Shown here: piece by piece, positions 54,566 through 64,000 of the stretch
Numbering within the stretch: position 1 is the stretch's first letter
Layout of the letters: every line of letters starts with the position of its first letter
NCBI GenBank assembly: GCA_951406725.2
Contig: OX597820.1
Coordinates: 62,620,001 to 62,684,000, forward strand
Direction: 5' to 3'
Origin: Octopus vulgaris
Lineage: Eukaryota
DNA: 64,000 bases
The notes under the pieces: model-generated
Databases searched by the model: none
What the model saw: the letters and a program-made list of their open reading frames with translations, nothing else
What the model was told of the DNA's origin: nothing
Made by a program: the position numbers and the translations under genes

Positions 54566-56376
54566 ATAATGGGTCATCCCATAAATAATACGGTATACAA
54601 AGGGAGATATACATTAATTGTTAGCGCTAGAAGCAGCATTAATACGAAAGAATAGTATTTATATCCAATTTAACATGGATGTCTTGTTAGAATTCAGAAT
54701 ACTGCATTTTTAAGCCATAGATCATAGCAGACAAGAATTATCTGTCATGGGTGCTGGAATTCCTATATGAGGTGCTTTCATTCTGCTGGAAATAATCAGT
54801 GGAAAGCGTCTGGTCACTGCACGCCAGTGAAATCTAGCTGTTACGATATATAGAATATCATCCTCTTTTCAGACACTAATGTCGCAGATTGCCAACAGGC
54901 TTACTAAAATTTAATTATTAACAACAGGAGTTAATGACAAGTCATCCATATTAAGTTAGATATAAAGATAACCTCGTGCTATTAATACAGCCAAACCAGC
55001 ATCAAACAATACTTTAACATGAAAAAAATATAGGTTAAGATCACATTGAAAATAACACGGAATGACTATTGCTTGAATAGGACTGCTCAGTCAGAGCCAC
55101 ATTTAGTCTCAACTGGTTGAAGAACAGCACTACTGAGAAAATTGTAAAGTATTCAAGAAGCGTTTAGATATATGGTTGAATATATTGATTTCCATAGTTA
55201 ATTTCGCAGCTATTAAGTTGAAGTTTACTACTTTATCTATTTTCTTCAACAGCCCCCGGTTACGCGTCTACGTCACATCTCCAGACCTATTGTTCGCTCT
55301 TAATCGTAAGTCAAAATGTTGACTATCTTTATTTATCAGTAGCAATACTTGGTTTAGATTAACTTTCGCTGCAAGATTTCTTACATACAAGCTTTAAATC
55401 ATAATATTGGAAAAATACTTACTATGTATTAATCATGAGCATGAATTTTGTTGTCTCGCTAAGAAATCAGACGTCTATCTTATCAATCAACTGTTATTTG
55501 ACTCAATAAACCTGTCATCTGCATTATCATTGAATGTTTGATCTTGATTAAAATATGACAAAAATAAGTATAATAAAGAAAACTGGAAGAAACGAAGTTT
55601 GCATTATCCATCAAATGTTATGTCGTCTGTATTATAATTCCACAGCTTATTGGCTCGCAAGTAAAACTGTTCTCTGTATGATATTTATCAATAGAGATTT
55701 AGCGTCGGTAACACTTTCGTTGAAACTTGTAATCGGAGAGATGTAGAATATGTAAGGAACGTAAGATTAAGCAATCTTGTTAAACTTTGAGTGTGACGAA
55801 AGGAACTATGCAAATCCCCCCCACTCTAGCCCATCTGCTTGACCGCATCCTTAAATTGTAACGAATGCAGGTTTCTTCAAGGCGTAATTCTAGAAGAAAT
55901 TCTAACCGCACCCAAGCCTTGATAGAACTAGTCAATTTCATCGTAAAATGGCGCCAGATCCTTTTATAAGTGGGGCTGTATCGTAAACAAAAGCAAACAA
56001 AACGTAAGAAATACACAGGCATTCAAATAACTTAACAGGAACGTAGAGAGCAACACATGCACACACATATTAGACATGTACAAACACACATACATATTAA
56101 CAATGATATTGTCAGTCAGATTGCCAAAGAAACAGAAATGAAAAAGAATTGCCATTTTCTACATACTTTCTTAAATAGCATTCTTTTACATGTTCCATTT
56201 ATTTTAAGTGGTGGGGCTCTATTCAAGGCAGCGTTTCTTCAATAGGTTATCCCATTCACTTTGCCTCTCATCTTCTGTTTATTTATTTCCCTTTCTATTT
56301 TAGAATATCATCATATTTTCTTTCTTTCTAATAACATACTTATATTTCTAATGTCTGACTGCCTCTCTTTATAAAC

Positions 56377-56417
<41 letters not shown>

Positions 56418-56494
56418 TATATGTGTATATATCTATCTATATATATAAATATATATGTATATATGTACATATATATCCATACACATACATATGA

Positions 56495-56550
<56 letters not shown>

Positions 56551-57356
56551 TATATATATATATGCATATATATATGTATATATGTACATATATATACATT
56601 TATACATATATATATATATATATATCTGTATGTACGCAGGAAGACACCGATATATCTCTTAAAATTTATGCATAATAGCATAATAGATGAGTATGTGTGT
56701 ATGCATGTTTGTATGTGTGTGTATGTATGCTCATATTTCCAACTATATAATGATTTATTGCCATAAATACATAATAGGTAAGAAACTAATTCGCACAAAT
56801 ACATATATGCATACATGTATGTGTGTGTGTGTGGGTTTATATTTTATGTATGCAACACGCATACACAAAAGCACACACACGCACCACATATCTACACACA
56901 CACACACACGCGCACTCACACATACACACACACACACATGCACATATATATTCATATGATTGTGCGTTTATGTACAGAGATGTGTGTTTATGTTAACGTT
57001 TGAGTGACTTTATCAGTCTTCTGCTTTCCCAAGTGAGCCACAAATTGAAATTAGTTTCAAGCAAGCAGCAAGCAAAAGTATATATATATATATATTATCT
57101 TCATATCAAATTAAAGCAGGAGCTCTGTGTCATGCTGTACAAGACAAGAAATTAACACAAACAAATTTATCAAATTAAAAGCAATATGCTAAATATTATA
57201 TTTCGAAGCAGAAAATAGCCTATGACACAAACGAGTGAAATATTTTTATATCCTGTTGTTCTGCTTGTTATAGAGGTTTGTTCAAAATTTATTGATTCGA
57301 GGAAACTGACGTATCACAAATGTTCAGGGATGCATTATCGACTTTGTGCATGTAAG

Positions 57357-57395
<39 letters not shown>

Positions 57396-57552
57396 ATACA
57401 TACATATATACATACATACGCACGTACGTACGTACATACGTACCTACATCTGTATATATATATATATATAAATATACATAAATATATTCACATACATACT
57501 TAGGTATATACGATTAAATACTTATGCACGCACACACACATGCCTCTGCACG

Positions 57553-57604
<52 letters not shown>

Positions 57605-57670
57605 CATATACATATATACAAACACACTCGATACGAACACTCACACTCAGACATACGCACATACACAGAC

Positions 57671-57710
<40 letters not shown>

Positions 57711-58123
57711 CATAAATATGCATACATACACGCATAAACGCGCGCGCGGGCACAACAAATATGGGCGAATAAACACGCGAACCTTTAATGCTGTATACTG
57801 TTTCTGATTGAAAACGGAAGAAGATAGTATTCCCTAATTGCTGATAGGTTTATGTTTATTCATATTTTCACTTAATTATTGAATCTGATATTTAGTCATT
57901 TAGTTTCTTTATATCCACACATATATATCATATATCGTGATGAATTTTGTACATCCATATGCATATGGCGTATATATATATATATACATCCGCACATATG
58001 TATTGTAACATATATCGTGATGTATTTTGTACATTTATGTACAATTGTTATATATATATATGTATGTATATATACATACACAGATATATACATACGTATA
58101 CATACATACATACATATGTATAT

Positions 58124-58168
<45 letters not shown>

Positions 58169-58644
58169 AACATACATACATGTACATATATTGGTGTGTG
58201 TGTGTATATATATATATATATTATATACACCTATTTGTAAATATATGCTTACATACACATATGTATGTAAATACATATTTCTCCACACATTTCACACCCA
58301 GATGACTTAGAAGAACAGCTCATGCCTATTTAATTAAATTGAAACTGTAGACCACCACTCTATTCCTCATCATATACTTGATTATCAGTCTATATACTGC
58401 TCTGCATTCCTTATTTTCTTCGATTCTAAATTCACCACTTACGTGGATTCCTTATGACTACATATTCCATAATACTGTATTTCATTGTACGTTCTCATCG
58501 CAATTCAAATATAACGATTAAACTAAATGTTATTTTCTAACCACCATATACTATACACTTATGTTTGGACACTTATAGCTAATATTTAAAATTTTCAGAT
58601 TTTTCTCTTTACTTCTACACTACTCTTACACTCTTACATGTGAA

Positions 58645-58953
58645 TGCGTGGCTTGGGCACTGGTCTTTTGACCGTGAGGTTCCAAATTCGATTCCCGGTG
58701 ATGTGTTGTGCCCTAGCGCAAGACAATTTATGTTACGTCGTCCTGTTCACTAAGCTGCCAGAAATTGAGTAGTACCTGTATTGGAAAGGGCCACCCTTGC
58801 GACATTCTGTATCACACTGAATTTCTCTGAGAACTAATTTAATGATACGCGTGTCCCTGGAGTGTTCAGCTACTTTTCACGTAATTTTCACGAGCAGGTT
58901 ATTCCGTTGATCGGATCAACTGAAACACTCATCGTTGTAACCGACGGAGTGCC
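58645..58953 (+). mobile_element. tRNA-derived SINE family 4 (V-SINE-like segment), diverged
   Basis: GCGTGGCT...TTCGATTCCCGG (B box) followed by TGTTGTGCCCTAGCGCAAGACA. Confidence 0.55.
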
Positions 58954-59130
58954 AGGTTGGTACTCTTTATCCACATTCATATATTTCATCGAACCTACGT
59001 TTTTAAATGTCAATTCCTTATTGTTACAATAAATAAATGATTTATCCTGGTATCAACAAACACAAGTATCAAAAGCACACTCATTGCCCTCTTACCTATC
59101 TTTTAAATCCGAATCACACCGAAGTCAGCC

Positions 59131-60101
59131 GTTTCAAGAGTATAGCTAGCAAGTACTCGATTAGAGGTCAGTTGAAAAATTATCATAATGCTTATGGTAT
59201 ATGCCAGTATCCTCCCAGGACAGTTACACGGTAATATGAATTATTAGAATTAAGTAAAGTTGGTCATCGACCAACTTCTCAACCTTCTTACTTCTTTACT
59301 TCTCAACCTTCTCACCTCTCCTGTCCTCTACTTAGGAATATCTTTCTTTTCCCAACACACTGCATTAACCACCATACCACAATGCTTGGTAAAGATACAT
59401 TTTCTTGTACGTTACCCCAACCTTGAAACTCTAGACACCTCTTCACATATGACCACTTCGTTGGCTAGTTTTGCTAACTGATAATTCTAATTCACTTACT
59501 GCTGTTATTCTACACATGGTCTTCTTCACACCATCCCTTTCAGAACACCCTCCCTTAACAATATAGGACTGGCCACTTCTTTGTACACATCTTCCTCTAA
59601 TTATCGAAATTTCTATACATATGTATGCGTGCCTGTGTGCGTGCGCGCGTGTTCGTGTGCGTGTGCAAGTATCGCATGTCATGTTTGTTAGCTACTATCT
59701 TTCCTTTATTGTGACTTTTTATTCTCTACACCATAACTTTTAACCTCACCTCAGTATCCACCCCGCCCAGCTACTAGTAGATAATTACTTCCTGTCAAAT
59801 CTCTATATCATGCCTCCTCCGATGTTAGAATAAACCATAACTGTAATATTAGTTGCTGATTGTTTACAAGCAAATGCACCTTCTGCGATCTATTCTCGAA
59901 ACAGCTGTAAGACTTTCAAGACTTTCGTCCTTCCTTCTCATCCAGCTTCCGATTCTACATTTCGATGACCAACTTTACTTAATTCTAATAATTCAGAATA
60001 CCGTGTAACTGTCCTGAGAGAATACTGGCATATACCATAAGCATTATGATAAATTTTCAACTGACTGCTAATCGAGTACTTGCTATCTATACTCTTGAAA
60101 C
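59131..60101. repeat. 140-bp inverted repeat arms (59131-59270 and 59962-60101) separated by ~690 bp
   Basis: Direct reverse-complement match with scattered mismatches. Confidence 0.9.
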
Positions 60102-60144
60102 AGTTCAAAGGTCGTGTTTAATCATTTAAATGTCCGGTTCTCGG

Positions 60145-60447
<303 letters not shown>

Positions 60448-61147
60448 GACGAAATGCCACTAAGCAGTATGATCAATTTTCAACTGACCTCTAATAGACT
60501 ACTTGCTATCTGTACTCTTGAAACAGTTAAAAGGTCGTGTTTAATTATATAAATGTCCTGTTCTGACCTGATACCAGCTGTTCTTCTGTTTATCCCTTCA
60601 TTCTGTAATGCATGTACCTGTTCAACTGAGACACTGGCTATATCTGAAGTTAATTAGGCAGCTATAAAAACTCTACTTTTATTTCTTTCAACTTAAGTTC
60701 AAGTTATCACTTAGACAGCAAGTCAACTTCAGCACTAGGTCTATGTACCTATTTACCTTACGTCATTAGACTAATATGTTTGTGTATCTGTGTGCACCAT
60801 GTGCATCAATATGCATAAACATGTGTCACAACATATTTTTCTAGTAAAGCACATTTTATGTAAAAGTTACACGCAGTATTTACATTTGACTTCGGTGAGC
60901 AACTACACATAATAATTAACTTCAAGATCTATACGAGTGACTAATGCATGCCACTCATTAGGATGGCACGCTTTTGGCCACTGTCTAGAATGACCATGTA
61001 TGAAGCAGCAACACAGATCCAAAGACTGGAACCGCACAAAATACTGAATTTCATCTACGCGGTGTGCAGTAGTTGTGGTTCAAGTACTTCGTCACGTTCA
61101 CACATAGCATTTATGGCACCCTTGAGTTTACTTGTTTCCTTGTCATG

Positions 61148-61207
<60 letters not shown>

Positions 61208-61278
61208 AGTGTGTGTGTGTGTGCGCGTGCGTGTGTGTGTGTGTGTAATTAATAATATATGTATGTATGTCTCCATAC

Positions 61279-61677
61279 TCTTTACTCTTTTACTCTTTTA
61301 CTGTTGACTGTGGCCATGCTGGAGCACCGGCTTTTATTCGAGCAAATCGACCCCAGGACTTATTCTTTGTAAGCCTAGTACTTATCCTATCGGTCTCTTT
61401 TTCCGAACCGCTAGATTACGGGGACGCAGACACACCAGCATCGGTTGTCCGGCGATGTTGAGGGGAGAAACACACAAACGTATACACGCACACACACACA
61501 TGTATATACTTATATACAGCGGGCTTCTTTCAGTTTCCGTCTACCAAATCCACTCCCAAGTCTTTGGTCGGCCCGAGGTTATAGTAGAAAATACTTGACC
61601 AAGGTGCCACGCAGTGGGACTGAACCCGGAACCATGTGGTTGGGTAAGCAAACTACTTACCACACAGCCACTCCTAC
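61279..61677 (-). mobile_element. SINE family 1, full length
   Basis: Reverse-complement match to 22780-23246. Confidence 0.85.
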
Positions 61678-61747
61678 ACCCATAAACATCTACTTATTCT
61701 GTATCTCTCTCACTCTCCATGTATGGATATTTATATATACCCCACTA

Positions 61748-61830
<83 letters not shown>

Positions 61831-62648
61831 TGTACCAAAGTAAGCGTATATATGTGTAACAAGGTTGGAAACAATAGTACTTCAATACCGGAGGTAGAGT
61901 AGTTTGATTTATTATTTTTAAAGCTGCAAAAATATCGCAATCTAAACCGTCCGACAAACGGAACCGCGAAACTATGAGCAGCGGTTTATTGTGATATTTT
62001 TGCGATGATTTTTACTGCTTTAATAACAATATTAATAATAAAGTATGTATGTTTGTATGTGTGTGTGCATATAAATATATATACGCACACATACGCACAT
62101 ACACACGCACACGCGCACACATACATATGCATGCACGTATGTATATGAGCTTTGGCAGGTGTGCACATGTATCCATTTATTTAATTATGTCTTCTTTTTT
62201 TTAAATTTTAGTCTTTCCATTCTCATTGAATGTAGAAGATAGTTCCAGGCTGCTTTCAAAAGAAGTGACGAAGTTCAGTCATTGTTAGTTAGATCACAAT
62301 GATTGTAAAAACTTAGATTTATCAATGCTCCGATTGCTAATTTAGTTTACACATTTTCTTATATATATATATATATATAATCACTTTCTTTGAAAGAATG
62401 CATTAAATGTTCAAGATCTTTAACTTAAACACTTAAATCCAAGCAGGCTAATAATTACATTTACAGATGTATATATTATCTTCCAGGCAGAAGTTGCAGA
62501 TTTGAAATTTGTTGTTCATCGATGTTCTTGTTCTTATTGATTTTTTAATTAAATGTTCACATCAACTGTAGAACTGACATCCATAATATGTTTCTTATTT
62601 TCAGTCTCAACTGGAAACTGGACTGCCGTGGTTGTTATTGCATTTTGT

Positions 62649-62862
62649 AAGGCGGTGAACTGGCAGAATCGTTAGTACTCTGGACAAAACGCTACCCGGC
62701 ATTTCGCCCGTCTTTATATTCAGAGATCGAATTCCACCACGGCCGTGTTTGCCTTTTCTATTTTGGGGATCAATAATATAAGCATCATTTGAGAACCGGG
62801 GTCGATGTAATCGTCTAGCCCCACTCCTAGAAAAATTTAGGCCTTGTATATTTACTAGAAAA
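62649..62862 (+). mobile_element. SINE family 2
   Basis: Has the head AAGGCGGTGAACTGGCAGAATCGTTAG, TTTGCCTTTTC and GGGGTCGATGTAATCG. Confidence 0.75.
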
Positions 62863-64000
62863 GATTGTTGCATTTTGTGGTGTTTTTATCTGGGGTAAAG
62901 TTAAACATGACTCCTTTTACAGTTGATCAAAGACATACCATTAACGATCCATTTATAATTTTGAGCATCGTACATGTATGTCTTTATGCTCATTATATCC
63001 CAATGTGTTTTTAGTTTTCTTTGCAGTCATGGGGTCAGTGGGTCATTTCTATTGTTTCGGATCGACCAATATTTTCTGGAAGAAATTGAATCGAACGAAA
63101 CTGATTGGGAAATTCTTTTGGGTGTAGGTATTTGTAACTCATAATGTTCAACCTTGTCATACACACATGCATGCAAAGAGGCACGCATATACATACACTC
63201 AAATACCAACGCTCGCGCGAAATGTGTAACGCTGAATCTCACTGAAAATTACATTTAGGTTATAATTGTCTATGCGATGCAGGGTCACACGTAAATTCAG
63301 AAGCAGTTTATTCAGTTGACAGAACAACTGAATCCTCGTCGGCACACGATAGAGATCCGCCATCATGTATCACTGCATTATCAAATTCTCCAGTTGATTT
63401 TCATGTTAACAGTTTTTTTTTTATGAGAATGATCTGCCAAAATTGTTTGAGATAAAATGTTTTAAATGACTGAACATAAGGTTATTTGAAATTGTTTTAT
63501 GCATGTGCAGACCTGCTTATGCATAGCTTCGAATATTGTTTTAACACGTTTGTGATGTCGCAAAGTAAGTAGTATCTTATGGCGTTTTGAAACATATGCT
63601 CTTGATCATATTTGTGATAATATCTGCTGATTTTTCACACAATCGACTGACAGGTTACAATTTAAGTGTTGTAGTTTATTATTCTTTCATTGAGTATTAT
63701 GTTACTAACTTGGTCGCCTTGGTTTTGCTAGGGAATATAATTCGAGGTAACATGTAGTATTGTCCATGCATGTTACGCATACTCCATGCACACACACACA
63801 CGCACGCACACACATGCACACATACACCCACCCACATGTAGACACACGCGTATGCATCTGTGCATATACACAGATATCTAGAAATACTTGTGTATGTATG
63901 AATGTGAGTATATATTGTTTGTCCGTATGCTTTTGTATATGTAGGTGTCAAAGGTAGGACTAAAAGAACGTCACAAGCGGAAATCAAACAAAACACAAGA

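Overview
This is an AT-rich, gene-poor eukaryotic window saturated with microsatellites ((TA)n, (TG)n, (TAA)n). Its repeat content is what I would expect of an octopus or other coleoid cephalopod genome; this is an inference from the SINE families and composition, not a database result. Most ORFs in the supplied track are translations of microsatellites. Recognisable content: two Penelope-like retroelement (PLE) pieces (a GIY-YIG end and a decayed RT); many R4/Dong-type RLE non-LTR fragments embedded in (TAA)n; four copies of a ~555-nt non-coding element with the same (TAA)n targeting; RTE LINE pieces; about four tRNA-derived SINE families; several DNA-transposon MITEs (hAT, piggyBac, Tigger, mariner); and a broken exon of a secreted PAN/apple-like protein. 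The most notable signal is a set of minimal type-I hammerhead ribozyme motifs from at least three unrelated sequence families. They recur as divergent inverted pairs with one hammerhead per strand, mostly with no retroelement ORF attached.
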